From Mobula birostris (Eukaryota), in contig NC_092398.1 of assembly GCF_030028105.1 (NCBI RefSeq), positions 15,436,600 through 15,500,599 of the forward strand: a stretch of DNA of 64,000 bases, read 5' to 3'. The first letter of the stretch is position 1, and each line of letters opens with the position of its first letter. A program made the position numbers and the translations under genes. The notes under the pieces are model-generated. The model was not told where the DNA came from. It did not search any database and worked only from the letters and a program-made list of their open reading frames with translations. Shown piece after piece: positions 13,041 through 25,394 of this stretch.

Positions 13041-14774
13041 CAAAACAGTTGAAAATCTATTTTGGATCTTATATTGACAGATGTTGTGCTTAGAAGGCAA
13101 GGTTAACAAAAAAACCAAGGAGGAGGCTGACTACTGTTGAAGTGAATATTCATGAGTTATGGGCAAAGTTTGGACAGGCTAGAACATTTTACCTTGGCGT
13201 GTAGGAATTGCAGTTTGACTTTACAAAGATGTATTTAATAATAAAAGGCTAGATGGGTGAGTGCACACAGTCTTTTTCCCCAACAAGAGGGAATCAAAAT
13301 CAAAGGATATAGATTTCAGGTGAAAGTGACTGATGCTGATACAGTATCAGTATTTAAAAGACAGATTATCAGTTGGTGGAGTGAGAAGGGCAAGACAAAT
13401 ATGGCCAAGACAGGAAAATTGAATTGGATTAGATAGTCATCTTGGTCGGAATGGACCAGTGAGCCCTGCATTACCTCTTGATTATCCAGCAGCATCCCAT
13501 CTGACACACTGTTTATAACACCCACACTCACTTACTAAATGTATTTTTAGAAAGAAATCTCACTATAAAATGTTTCGTCTTTCACTGATAAACTTTCTTT
13601 TTTATGTTGTTCTTTTCAAATAATCCTTTCTCAGTAAAGATGTCTATTTTCCTTCCTCAATTAAGGACTTTACATTGAAATGTCTCTTGGTGATGTCCAA
13701 CTTTTTTTGCGCAGCCATTTGAGAGATGATGTTATAGAAGCTTGCTGTTACTGACATTATTCTCTCAATGAAGCGCTGATGTGAGCACGGGACGGCAGCA
13801 AGGCCCATGGTGGGGGTGGCAGCGACAGAACTGAATGGGCAAGTCTGTACTTGCTACGGTTTCAAAGATGAGAGGTGATATAATGGGGTTTGCAGGTTGG
13901 CGTGGAGATTTAGAACCCGACAACTGAATCAGATGTTTTGCACTTTGCTCTCCTCTGTTGGCAATTGGATATAGGAGCAGATTGGTGGAGACTGGTGGGT
14001 CTGACTGCTCCACCACTGTGGGCATTGGCTTCTTCTCATTCTTCCTGCAGCCCAGGGAACTGTGAGTGCCTTACTGCTCTGGCTCCCTGCCTCAGGTTTC
14101 ACATCCTTGGGCTCACATACTCCTTGGATGTCAGCCACCACTCCCTCTGTAACGTCCTCCCATGTTGGAAAACTCCCATATCTCTGCCCTCTTTCATATC
14201 CTCACATTACTGTTTATAGATTGGTGGCATGTCTCTAGTGTTACAGGGATTCGTGCTGGGTCCCCTGTTGGTTGTCATATCTGGCATCAAGTTTAACACA
14301 ATATCATGGGCAGAATGGTGTGGCACTGAGAAGTGTGTAGAACAGAGGAAGCTGGGAATGCAGATCCATAATTCCATGGAAGTGGCGTCACAAGAGGGTC
14401 GTAAAGACAGCTTTTGAGAGATTAAATCAAAGTGTTCAGTACAGAAGTTGGGATATTATGTTGAAGTTGTACAAGACATTGCTGAGGCCATTCACTTACG
14501 TACAGAAAAGATATCAATAAGACTGAAAGAGTGAAACCGAGTGATAAGGAAAGGTTGAACAAGTAAGGACTGTATTCCCTGGAGTGTAGGAGAATGAGGG
14601 GAGATTTGACAGAATATACAAATTCATGAGGGGTATTGATAGGGTGAATGAATGTAGGCATTGTATTGTATTGTACTGTATTGTGACAAATGTGTTTGAT
14701 CTTACAGCTATTGCAGGGACATGGTGGCAGGCTGCCTGGGACTGAGAACTCAGTATTCCAGCATATTCCATGTT

Positions 14775-14920
14775 CCACGCCCTCACCCGAACCCTCCATT
14801 AGCGGTTCCTTTTCCAGATCCTCCCCCTACCTGAATCAACACTATTTCCCAAAATCCCCACACCATTCACAGCCACTAAACCATCCAAAACAGCCCCCAG
14901 GCCAAGCCAACGCCGACACG
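14775..14920 (-). mobile_element. 5'-end fragment of a Nimb/I-type LINE
   Basis: 14775-14875 matches 22650-22746, which lies 5' of ORF1 in the decayed element at 17806-22760. Confidence 0.65.
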
Positions 14921-14933
14921 AGTGAAGAAGTTT

Positions 14934-17344
14934 GTCTGTCTGTCTGTATCTTATTTTACGGCGGTTGGCATCCAGCTTAATGGTGCATTACCGCCACCCT
15001 CTGCTCCAGAATGTGCACTAGACATACATTCTAAATCCCTTCACCCAATCTCACACACACACCTACGCTTCACCCTCCCATCTTTGACCATCCTAGTATC
15101 CTATTCCTGTTTATTCGTCATATTCTATAAAAAACCCCTGTACTCCTTAAAAATGCTAAAAATACCCGGACTTGTGCTCTCTCACCCATGCCCAGCAACC
15201 CTTTTAATGTGAATTCCTGCATCCCCAACTCCCTTAATTTATTTATCATCATCTCTCTCTGTATCCCATACTTCCTGCAACTCAGAACTACATGTTCTAC
15301 TGATTCCTCTTCCTGACATTCCTCACACAATCCTGTCTGGTGTTTCCCTATCATTTTCAATGTTTTGTTTAATGCACAATGCCCCAGCCTTAACCTAGTC
15401 CACACAATTTCCTCTCTTCTGTTTCCATTACCTACCCTAGTAACTGCAACATTCTTTTGTATTTGATATAAATGCCTCCCTTTCCCCTCCCTGTCCCATC
15501 TTTCTTGCCACATTCGGTTGACTTTTTCCCAGATTACACACTTAACCTCTGCTTTATTGATACTAATGTGCATTTCCACATTTTCTTTCTTTAACACCCT
15601 CTTTGCCAACTCATCCACCCTCTCATTCCCCTTCACCCCTACATGTGCTGGAACCCATAGAAATTTTACCTGACCTCCCTGATTTGCAATCCTTGTAACT
15701 AACTGAAGGACTTCATAAAGTACATCTTGCCGACTGTTTGTGTGAAAAGACCTTAAACTTGGTAGAACGGAGGATGAATCTGAACATATCAATGCTTTGA
15801 CTTGTCTGGTTTTCTGCACCCATTGCAACGCAACCAACACTGCCAGCATCTCCACTGTAAACACTCCTAACTTATTAGATGTTCTTCTGCTGATTCCAAT
15901 TTCTTTTGCTGGTATGACCACCCCAAACCCTGTCACTCCTGTTGCAGGTTCCTTCGCACCATCTGTATAAATGTGAGTATAATCACTATACTTTTCCATC
16001 ACATGACAGTTAAATGCATTTACCAAATCTGTTTTATATCTTTCTTTCCTTTTTACCTCTAACAAATGCCAGTCTATGTCAGGCCATACAAGCTTCCATG
16101 GAGCTACAACCGGATAAACTACTGAAGGACTTATCCTCAGATCAAATACTCCACATTCTTTCGCGATATCATTCCCTGCCCGACTAAAGGTATCCCTCTG
16201 AAACCTCCCATTTTCCCAGCACTCCTGCAACACTCCTTTAGTAGGGTGAGAATCATTGTGCCCCTGCAAGTTAGCCCAGTAGTTTGCCATCAGTTGCATC
16301 CTTCTTAGTTCCAAAGGCATTATTCCCATTTCTACCTGTAGGGCTGACACTGGCGACGTTTTAAAAGCCCCACTGCACACTCTCAAGGCCTGAGCCTGAA
16401 TCACATCCAGTTTCCTTATAAGAGACCTAGCTGCTGATCCATATACTATATTTCCATAATCCAATACAGATCTTACTAAAGCCACATACATTCTCTTCAA
16501 AGCTGAACAACTTGCTCCCCATTCCCTACCAGTCAAACATCTCATCACATTTACTACTTTTTTACATTTCTCCTCAACTTTCCTGATATGGTCTGCCCAT
16601 GTTAATCGTGAATCAAATATAACTCCCAGAAATTTAAATGATGCAACCCTTTCTAATTCAACCCCATACATCCTTAACTTCTTCCCTACCTCAACCCTTT
16701 TCCTGGTAAAAAATACAGATTGAGTTTTGTCTACTGAAAATCTACATCCCCAGTCATAACCCCACTCCACCACTTCATCAATTGCTTCTTGTAGTTTCCT
16801 GATTATATGGTCCATGTTCCTGCCTCTTTTCCACAAGGCCCCATCATCCGCAAACAGTGACCTACCTATATCCACTGGTACCTTTGTGAAGACATCATTG
16901 ATCATAATCATGAAAAGTAATGGGCTAATCACACTACCTTGAGGTGTGCCATTTTCCATTATGTACTGTTTTGATAATTCTGATCCAATCCGAACTTGAA
17001 TTTTTCTACCAAACAAAAAATCTTTAATCCAATTAAAAACTCTCCCACCAACCCCCATCTTGTGCAGTTTAATTAATAATCCTTCCTTCCATATCATTTC
17101 ATAGGCTTTTTCAATGTCAAAGAACACTGCCACTACTGACTCTCTATTTGCCTGGGCCTTCCTTATTTCAGTCTCTAACATTATCACTGAGTCCATGGAA
17201 TTCCTTCCCTTTCCAAAACCACTCTGATAACTTGCCAGCATTCCCCTTTTCTCAAGCTCATATGATAACCTTTCTGTTATCATCCTTTCCATTATCTTAC
17301 ATATACTTGATGTTAATGCAATTGGTCTCTAGCTAGTGGGTTTT
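14934..17344 (-). mobile_element. Young 5'-truncated I/Nimb-clade LINE with a 13-bp TSD
   Basis: TSD AGTGAAGAAGTTT at 14921-14933 and 17345-17357, an (ACAG)n 3' tail, and an intact RT-RNase H ORF. Confidence 0.93.
15118..17292 (-). CDS. LINE ORF2 remnant: reverse transcriptase, RNase H and C-terminal Cys/His motif (5'-truncated, no endonuclease)
   Basis: Motifs FDIEKAYE, PQGSVISP, FADD, YTDGAK, WVPAHVGVKGNERVDELAK and RLRLGH...CEEC...EHVVLSC in an uninterrupted 724-aa frame. Confidence 0.9.
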   Translation of the reverse strand: MERMITERLSYELEKRGMLASYQSGFGKGRNSMDSVIMLETEIRKAQANRESVVAVFFDIEKAYEMIWKEGLLIKLHKMGVGGRVFNWIKDFLFGRKIQVRIGSELSKQYIMENGTPQGSVISPLLFMIMINDVFTKVPVDIGRSLFADDGALWKRGRNMDHIIRKLQEAIDEVVEWGYDWGCRFSVDKTQSVFFTRKRVEVGKKLRMYGVELERVASFKFLGVIFDSRLTWADHIRKVEEKCKKVVNVMRCLTGREWGASCSALKRMYVALVRSVLDYGNIVYGSAARSLIRKLDVIQAQALRVCSGAFKTSPVSALQVEMGIMPLELRRMQLMANYWANLQGHNDSHPTKGVLQECWENGRFQRDTFSRAGNDIAKECGVFDLRISPSVVYPVVAPWKLVWPDIDWHLLEVKRKERYKTDLVNAFNCHVMEKYSDYTHIYTDGAKEPATGVTGFGVVIPAKEIGISRRTSNKLGVFTVEMLAVLVALQWVQKTRQVKALICSDSSSVLPSLRSFHTNSRQDVLYEVLQLVTRIANQGGQVKFLWVPAHVGVKGNERVDELAKRVLKKENVEMHISINKAEVKCVIWEKVNRMWQERWDREGKGRHLYQIQKNVAVTRVGNGNRREEIVWTRLRLGHCALNKTLKMIGKHQTGLCEECQEEESVEHVVLSCRKYGIQREMMINKLRELGMQEFTLKGLLGMGERAQVRVFLAFLRSTGVFYRI

Positions 17345-17559
17345 AGTGAAGAAGTTTCCGCTCATGATCCCTTTAAATATTTCACCCTTCGCCATTAACC
17401 CATGACCTCTACTTGTAGTCTCACCCAACCTCAGTGTAAAGAAGCCTGCTCTCATTTACCCTATCTCATAATTTTATACCCTCACAAATCTCCCTTCAAT
17501 CATGTACGTTCCATTGAATAAAGTCCTAAACTAATCAATCTTTCCTTCTAACTTGGGTT

Positions 17560-17800
17560 TAATGCGCAGGCGCACGGGTCACAGATCGTCTCACTAACGC
17601 GCATGCGCTGCACGGACGAACGTCTCGGGAGGCCCGGCAGCAGGTAGGATGTGGGCTCCGGCCGGGGGTTTGAGCGGCACCGGCGCCCGCACCGTGATCC
17701 CGGGACAGTTGTTGTGAGCCCCGCACCCCGGAACAGTCTCAGTTCTCTCCATCTTTCTCTTAGTCCCACGATCCGTACCCAGGCCCCGGGAAACTACTTT
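17560..17800 (+). promoter_or_regulatory. CpG-rich promoter and probable non-coding exon 1 of the zinc finger gene
   Basis: NRF1-type motifs TGCGCAGGCGCA (17563-17574) and GCGCATGCGC (17599-17608), and a splice donor CAG|GTAGGA at 17643/17644. Confidence 0.6.
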
Positions 17801-17805
17801 CTGCT

Positions 17806-20800
17806 GACTTTTAATGGCGGTTGGCAGTCCATTTTAAAGGTGCATTACCGCCACCAACTGGTCTGGAGTGTGGTGTGGAGTTGGGAAATAAAACTGAAAA
17901 CTAAATGACCCCAAAAGCCCTATAAATTTTAAATAATGAAAGACAATATTGTGAATTATATTAAAGTCACTTCCATAACTTTAATGAAAACTGTCAATCC
18001 CCAAAGCTCGTAGTGTAGTCAGCATTCGCTTTCTTTCAACCTTATATGTTTCACATTGTAAAAGAATGTTTTCAACTGTTTCATAATAATGACAACACCT
18101 ACACACCCCAGAGTGATATTTTCCAACAAGATATAAGGAATAATTAAGCATAGTATAACCAATTCTCAGTCGAGCCAATATAATTCTTTCCCTTCTTGTC
18201 TTACCTCCTGCCATCAATCCAATGTATTCTGTAAAGGTGTCTCCTCTGATGCCCGTTATCCCACAAGTCTTGCCGTAATCTCCCCAATAACCCCTTAGCT
18301 TCTGATTTGCTAAGTGGAAGGCCTATATCCACAGATGAACTTTTAACAGCTGTTTTGCTCAAACTATCAACCTGCTCATTCCCCTCACCACCTCTGTGTG
18401 CAGGGACCCATAAGTAGAGACATGCAGACCAATGCTTTGAATATGAAATAAAGTTTGAAGAGCTTCCAGCAGTAAATCAGTTCTACTGCGAGGGTGACCT
18501 GTTTTAAGACTAGTCAAAATTGAAAAAGACTGAACAAATCATAACTTTGCAAGGACATATTTACTACGCCCACTGTAAGACCAACATGACAGCAACCAGT
18601 TCTGCAGTATACACTGATAAATAGTTAGTAAGACGTTTCTTTGCTACCTGAAATTCAGGCAGAAAACAGCCACACTGACATTTTCTGTTAAATTATATTT
18701 TGATTCATCGGTAAAAATGGTTAACATATCACAATAATTCTCCTTAACGTACTGATGAACCAACAGACTCTCAGACATATCAGGTTCCTTTGATTTCATT
18801 AAATCATGCAACATAAAATCAATCAAAACCATTGATAAAATCCATGGTGGGGTTACCGAACATGCTACAGTGGGACACATTACACAATACAGAAAACCTA
18901 TATTCTTAGTGTGATGGGAATGCAGCCACCCAAAACTAAAATCACTCTTCTTGTGATGTTCCCAATAGTCTTCCAAAACACTCTTAACAGGGTGATCATT
19001 CCGCTGCCCCCCTCAAGTTAACCCAGTATGTTAACATCATCTTCAGCCTCTGCAACTGTCACGGTAATTGTCCCATTTCAACCAGTGAGGCTGAAACAGA
19101 TGACCTTACTACACCACAGCACAGTCTTAAAGCCTGAGCTCGTATACATGCAAACATTTTAAATTTGAAGCCACACAGCCATAATCAAGTGCAGATCTAA
19201 ATAAATAAATATATAAAGTGAACAGAGATTTTCGTGTAGCACCCCAAGAGTACCCACATAGACACTTAACGTACTGCTTTACATTTGTCAGTTATCTTAC
19301 TGATATGGTGCTTCCATGTTAGCTTATTATCCAGCCACATGCCAAGAAATCTTACCACTGACACTTCTTCAAGAGTTCGACTATACAATTTCAAATTGTG
19401 TGCAGGTCTATTGATCCTCTTTGTAAAACATATAACTTGTGTTTTAGCTACTGAAAGCTTAAAACCCCATCTATTTGCCCACTGTTTGACCTTGTTAATT
19501 GCTAATTGCTTCATATATACAGTCAAATTTATTTATTTTTTTCTCTGATGCATAAAGCTCCATCATCTGCAAAGAGTGATTTACCCACTCCAGTATTTTG
19601 GAGAAAATATGATTAATCATAATATTAAACAATAAAGGGTTGCAAATACTGCCTTGTGATGTCCCATTCTCTGTCTCATGCTGAATATACCTTTCCTACC
19701 CTTACCTGCATAGACCGTCCAAATAAGAAAATCAGAAAAAAAAGTATCTCACCTTCCTCCCACTTCCAATTTCTAAAATTTAATCAAAAGACCCTCCCTC
19801 CTTAACATATCATGCTTTTTCTATATCAAAAGATACTGCTATTACAACTTTATTTACCTGTGTTTTATTAATATCATCTTCCAGACATAAAACTGAATCC
19901 AATGTCATTCTACCCTTCTGAAATCCACTCTGATAAAATGCTATATCACCTCTTTTTCCCAAAATATAATTCAACTGCTCTATTACCATACGTTCCATAA
20001 GTTTACACAAATGGAACATTAATGATATTGGTCTATAACTAGAAGGCTCTGATGGGGGGCTTTCCAGGTTTTAGAATAAGCACTAAAACTGCCATTTTCC
20101 ATGAGGAGGGTAGATAGCCTGAATTCAAATATGATTCCAGAATTTTAATATTAGCTTAAGAGAGCTGTCAGCCATATGTTGAAACATACAATAACATATA
20201 TCACCCTTTCCTGGAGCTGTCTGACCTGCACTATTAATAGCTTTCATAAATTCTCGCAAAGAAAACTTTACATCACTAATACTATCAATGCTATTGTTAT
20301 CTTCCAACACATCAGCGTATTCACTTCGAAAGTTATCCCTACATGCTTTAACCTCTTCGCTTAAATTATCTTAGAAACATAGAAAACCTACAGCATAATA
20401 CAGGCCCTTCGGCCCATAAAGCTGTGCCGAACATGTCTTTATCTGAAAAATTACCTAGGGTTAGCCATAGCCCTCTATTTTTCTAAGCTCCATATACCTG
20501 CTCAGGAGTCTCTTAAAGGACCCTATCGTATCTGCCTCCACCACTGTCGCCGGCTTATGAATTGGAGCAAATGACTGAGCCAGTAACTCAACCTTCTCTG
20601 TTTCAGTAACAATCGTATTGTCTTCTTTGATCAATACTGGAATGTTATTAGCCCTATGAATTCTCCCCCCTATTTTTTTAATCATTCTCCAAACATTTCC
20701 AAGTTTAATACCCTTCCAATGTTATCACAATATGACCTCCAGTAAATCTTTTTCACAACCTTCACTACTTTCCTCACCATGGAATGGGAATCACTTTCAC

Positions 20801-22760
20801 CACAGTTTGAGGAATAATGTGACATAACCTTTCATTGCAGAAATCCATATTACCCTCAATATTCAGCTCTGATAGATGTTCATCATGTAAACCTCTCCCA
20901 GTTTGCTTTACCAAAATTCCACCTCCTAAGAGTGGCCTATCGCCTATAGAAATCCACACCCGAGCTTCTAAATATAGGAAAATGATTGCTTCCCACTGTT
21001 TCATCTCCCATGACATCCCACGTACTCACTCCAGCCAGAATGTTCATAACTAAAGTTAAATCTATAGCAGTTTCAAAACTAGTATGAACATTAAATCTCA
21101 TGCCCCTCTCACACAAGATGTGAAATATCTAAAAACTTCTGCAATCAAACAATTACCATCATTCTGCGGACAACCCCACAGTGAACTATGTGCATTAAAA
21201 TCACCACACCATACAACCCTTAGTGAGCAAGAGCAACATATGCTTTCCAGCAAATCAATCAAGAGCTTTCCACAAGGGTTAGAAAAATTTACCATTTTAA
21301 TACCCCTACCTGTTGAATCAAATATTTCTATTACAAGTGCCTCATATACTTCATTTTCATCCACAACTTTACGTCCTGTCCTTTTCCTTACAAAACTTGC
21401 AACACCAACCCCTCCACCAAAACTAATCTGTCATGCCTAACTAGAATATAATCCAGCGAAGAAAAATTTAAATGTTATAACAACCAAGTTTCCTGAATAC
21501 ATATAACTTTGGGTGGATTTGATAAATCAGAAACTTCTTAAAAAGTCTTGATCATTAGAAATCAGGCTTCTCGCATTCCACTGCAATATTCTTATGCCCA
21601 TTAAACATCACAAGGAGACTGAAATACAGATAGCCCACCCATTAGAGCTTAATTTATGGTTTCCCACATAATACCAGTTATACCCAGATAACTTTTCAGC
21701 AGCTTCCACAATAATTTTAATTTTCTCAGTACGACTAGATGTCAGAGCAGTACAGTTCACCACATCTGTTCTAAACATCACAAACTTCATTTTATCAACT
21801 AGTAAAGTGTCTTTAGTAAGAGAAGTATGATGCCGATATATAGCCTTTGACTTCACACTCTGTTCTCTGACTGGTAATACTTTATCAATGTTTGGTTTAA
21901 CTCTTTGCACAGACACACCTTTAACCTTTTGAACTTAAGCTGCCTTCTTAAGTACTTAACATCCTCTATGTTCTCCTCCGCAATTACAACAATTAAACAT
22001 TACGCCCTCACAATCTTCATACTTTTATGTTCCCCACCACACTTACTACATCTTAGTTTCCCATGACATACTGCCACAACCTGCCCAAATCTCTGACATT
22101 CGTAATGTCTAAGCGGGGATGGAATATGAGGTTTATAACTAACCCCAAACTAACTTTATCAGGGAGCTTCACTTCATCAAAACATATTAATGTAGATAAA
22201 CTATCCATCCCTTCCCCATTTCTGACTACTTGTAATCTCTTTGCTGCCTTAACCTTGCCTCCCAGTAAATGAGATTTAACCTCTTCTATCAAAGTCTCCA
22301 CCGGAACACCTGCTATACATCCTTAATACCTATATTTTCATTAGGCAAAGTAGGTACTACCTTTTTGCCAAATTAAGTTCTTCAATTGTAATGCCTTCTT
22401 ACACGGCTTTTTATCCTTACACACAATTAACATCTTCCCGAAAGTATGAGCTGCTTTTAGCTTTGGAGTTAATGGGATTGATGGAGGCTGGCTGTTCCGG
22501 TTCAAATTTAAGCAATAGCTTGAAGTCTCTCTTTTTTTTTCAAAATATCCATCCCTTCCTCTCCATCACTTGAAATCATTCCATTATTATGTTTCTTATT
22601 CCATTTTCCAGATCTGGATTTGACTTCCTTACAAACCCTCCTGCCAACTCGCCCTCACCCGAACCCTCCATTTGCAGTTCCTTTTCCGGATCCTCCCCCT
22701 ACCTGAACCAACACTATTTCTCAACATCCCCACACCATTCACAGCCAGCGCCACCAACTG
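17806..22760 (-). mobile_element. Decayed near-full-length I/Nimb-clade LINE (ORF1 and ORF2)
   Basis: In order from its 5' end: ORF1 with Cys/His knuckle remnants (about 21960-22300), APE endonuclease (ILQWNARSL about 21565-21590; CGDFNAH), RT (FDIEKA), RNase H (IFTDESK), RLRIGY...CRCC, and a 3' UTR resembling 14955-15000. Confidence 0.88.
20370..20555 (-). mobile_element. CR1 3'-end fragment nested in the Nimb/I element
   Basis: Reverse-complement match to the CR1 3' end at 7268-7452, including the tail. Confidence 0.85.
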
Positions 22761-23997
22761 CCACACCTCCCTATTCTCCGTCCACAGCAATTGAGCCTCG
22801 AGCCCAATTCATCCCCCCGGGAAGGTTTCTGCTGATGAGCGAAGGTAATGGTGTTTCCTGTGGTGCATGCGCATTGCTGGGACACCGTGACATATAGACC
22901 AGTCTCTCGTTCGTGGGGCTCTCTGGGTACAGAGGCAGCCATGGGTGTCACTTCTACAGCTTTCCCCACCAGTCCGTAGGGCATGTTTGGAAGCACAGGT
23001 AGTGGAATGGGACCGGATGGATCTGCTGGCGAATATCTAAATCCAAGGATTAGGAACTCGGAATAGAAATAGAGAGAATCTTTCTATCAATAAAAATGTC
23101 TCTTGGGCTGTATGGAGAAAAGGAACAAGATCCTTCCATCAGCTTTAATTCTTGAGAAAATCACCTTTGTTCGACCTCCTCTTCTGGACCTTTCTCCTTG
23201 TGAGATCATGTTTTGTCCCATTCTCTCTGGGTACATAGTGATATCAAACAATTTTGTCCCAGGTAACAAGTGACCTGTAGCTTTCACATCACAAAAGTGC
23301 CACACACTCCAAGGAGAAAGACTAGTGTCCACCCCTTCATTGCCATCGATTAGATCACCACCATCAAGCAGCTGCTGTGCTGGGGGTCAGAATAATTGGA
23401 AAGTCTCCAGGATCAGCCATGAGAGTCTCCAGGGTCACTTGCTGTAACACTCTGATGTCAGAGCTCGACGTAGAGACTAAGTTGTCTCATATGAAGTGTC
23501 ATCCTTCACGTATTGATGTCTTTTGTAATTCATTTTACAGGCTAGCAACGACAAAGGATTTGTGCAGAGGAATCTCAAACACAACAACACATCAGTTTTG
23601 CTGTCTCTGTCCAGATAGTTAAGGAGTGACCGGCTACTTCCTTTTTAACACCTATGTATCTGTTATTGATCCTCGGAGACGACAGATTATCTCATCCCAG
23701 CTGGGAATGTTCTTTGTATGTGAAGTGAAGTTTTCTGTTGTAATTCAGTGAAATTGACTGGAACCAGGGTACTGAGAACCCACTAGCATTTGTTCACAAG
23801 GGATCAGTCCTTTAACTGCATTGATTCTGCGAGGGATCCACTGACTCATCCCAACTGGAGACACACCAGCGAGTTCACACTGAGGAGAGGCTGGTCACCT
23901 GCTCAGACTGTGGGAGGGGATTCGCTCAATCATTTGACCTACAGAGAGACCGCGAGTTCACACTGGAGAGAGTCCGTTCACCTGCTCAGATTTTGGG

Positions 23998-25254
23998 ATG
24001 GGATTCATCCAGTCATTCAAAGCACAGCGACACCAACGAGTTCACACAGGGGAAAGGCCGTTCATCTGTTCCGAATGTGGGAAGGGATTCACTCGGTCAT
24101 TTCTACTGAAGGTACATCAGCGACTTCACACTGGGGAGAGGCCATTCAGCTGCTCAGACTGTGGGAAGGGATTTACTCAGTCGTCTCAACTACTGGCGCA
24201 CCAATCAGTTCACACTGGGGAGAGGCCTTTCACCTGTTCAGAATGTGGGAAGGGATTCACTCGGTCATTTCTACTGAAGGTACATCAGCGACTTCACACT
24301 GGGGAGAAACCATTCACTTGCTCAGACTGTGGGAAGGGATTCACTCAGGCATCCCAACTACAGAGACACCAGTCAGTTCACACTGGGAAGAGACCATTCA
24401 CCTGCTCAGACTGTAAGAAGGGATTCACTCAGACATCTGACCTCCTGGCACACCAGCGAATTCACACTGGAGAGAGGCCATTCATCTGTTCTGAATGTGG
24501 GAAAAGATTCACTCACTCATCCACTTTACTGAAACACCAGCGAGTTCACACTGGGGAGAGGCCATTCATCTGTTCTGTGTGTGGGAAGGGATTCTCTCAG
24601 TCATCTGGCCTACAGACACACCAGCAAGTTCACACTGGGGAGAGGCCGTTCACCTGTTCAGACTGTGGGAAGGGATTCACTCGGTCATCTCAATTGAAGG
24701 TACATCAGCGAATTCACACCGGGGAGAAGCCATTCACCTGTTCTGACTGTGGGAAGGGATTTACTCATTCATCTGACTTACTGGCACACCAGCGAGTTCA
24801 CACTGGGGAGAGACCATTCTCTTGCTCAGAATGTGGGAAGGGATTCACTCAGTCATCCAATCTACAGAGACACCAGCGAGTTCACACTGGGGAGAGGCCG
24901 TTCACTTGTTCAGACTGTGGGAAGGGATTTATTCAGTCATCTCAACTGCTGGCACACCGTTCAGTTCACAATGGGGAGAGGCCATTCACCTGTTCAGACT
25001 GTGGGAAGGGATTCACTCAGTTGTCTCAACTGAAGGTACATCATCGAATTCACACTGGGGAGAAGCCTTTCACCTGCTTGGACTGTGGGAAGGGATTCAC
25101 ACAATTATCCACCATACAGAGACACCAGCGAGTTCACACTGGGGAGAGACCGTTCACCTGTTCTAGGTGTGGGAAGGGATTCACTCGGTCCTCCAGTCTA
25201 CAGAGACACCAGTCAGTTCACACTAGGGAGAGTCCATTCAACTGCTCTGACTGA
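23998..25254 (+). CDS. Tandem C2H2 (Kruppel-type) zinc finger protein, 14 complete fingers, no visible KRAB/SCAN domain
   Basis: 14 CxxC-x12-HxxxH units with TGE(R/K)PF linkers. A probable exon-2 acceptor (ttttacag|g) is at 23540/23541. Degenerate fingers flank the ORF on both sides. Confidence 0.9.
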   Translation: MGFIQSFKAQRHQRVHTGERPFICSECGKGFTRSFLLKVHQRLHTGERPFSCSDCGKGFTQSSQLLAHQSVHTGERPFTCSECGKGFTRSFLLKVHQRLHTGEKPFTCSDCGKGFTQASQLQRHQSVHTGKRPFTCSDCKKGFTQTSDLLAHQRIHTGERPFICSECGKRFTHSSTLLKHQRVHTGERPFICSVCGKGFSQSSGLQTHQQVHTGERPFTCSDCGKGFTRSSQLKVHQRIHTGEKPFTCSDCGKGFTHSSDLLAHQRVHTGERPFSCSECGKGFTQSSNLQRHQRVHTGERPFTCSDCGKGFIQSSQLLAHRSVHNGERPFTCSDCGKGFTQLSQLKVHHRIHTGEKPFTCLDCGKGFTQLSTIQRHQRVHTGERPFTCSRCGKGFTRSSSLQRHQSVHTRESPFNCSD

Positions 25255-25394
25255 GGAAAAGGATTTAGCCAGTCATCTCAAATGACTGGCACACCAGTCA
25301 GTTCACACTAGGGAGAGTCCATTCAACTGCTCTGACTGAGGAAAAGGATTTAGCCAGTCATCTCAAATGACTGGCACACCAGTCAGTTCACACT
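25206..25394 (+). repeat. Exact 85-bp tandem duplication of a dead zinc finger
   Basis: Unit starts at 25206, 25291 and 25376 (partial). Each full unit contains TGA at the second Cys codon and a 1-bp insertion. Confidence 0.9.

Noticed and set aside
15118-17292. RT-RNase H ORF as a domesticated host gene
   Set aside because: It is 5'-truncated, flanked by a perfect TSD and has a LINE tail. Its intactness is explained by recent insertion.
23790-25285. Overlapping frame-shifted ORFs in the zinc finger array (SSHWGE... and HTSEFTLG... repeats)
   Set aside because: These are the usual alternate-frame readings of 84-bp C2H2 repeats.
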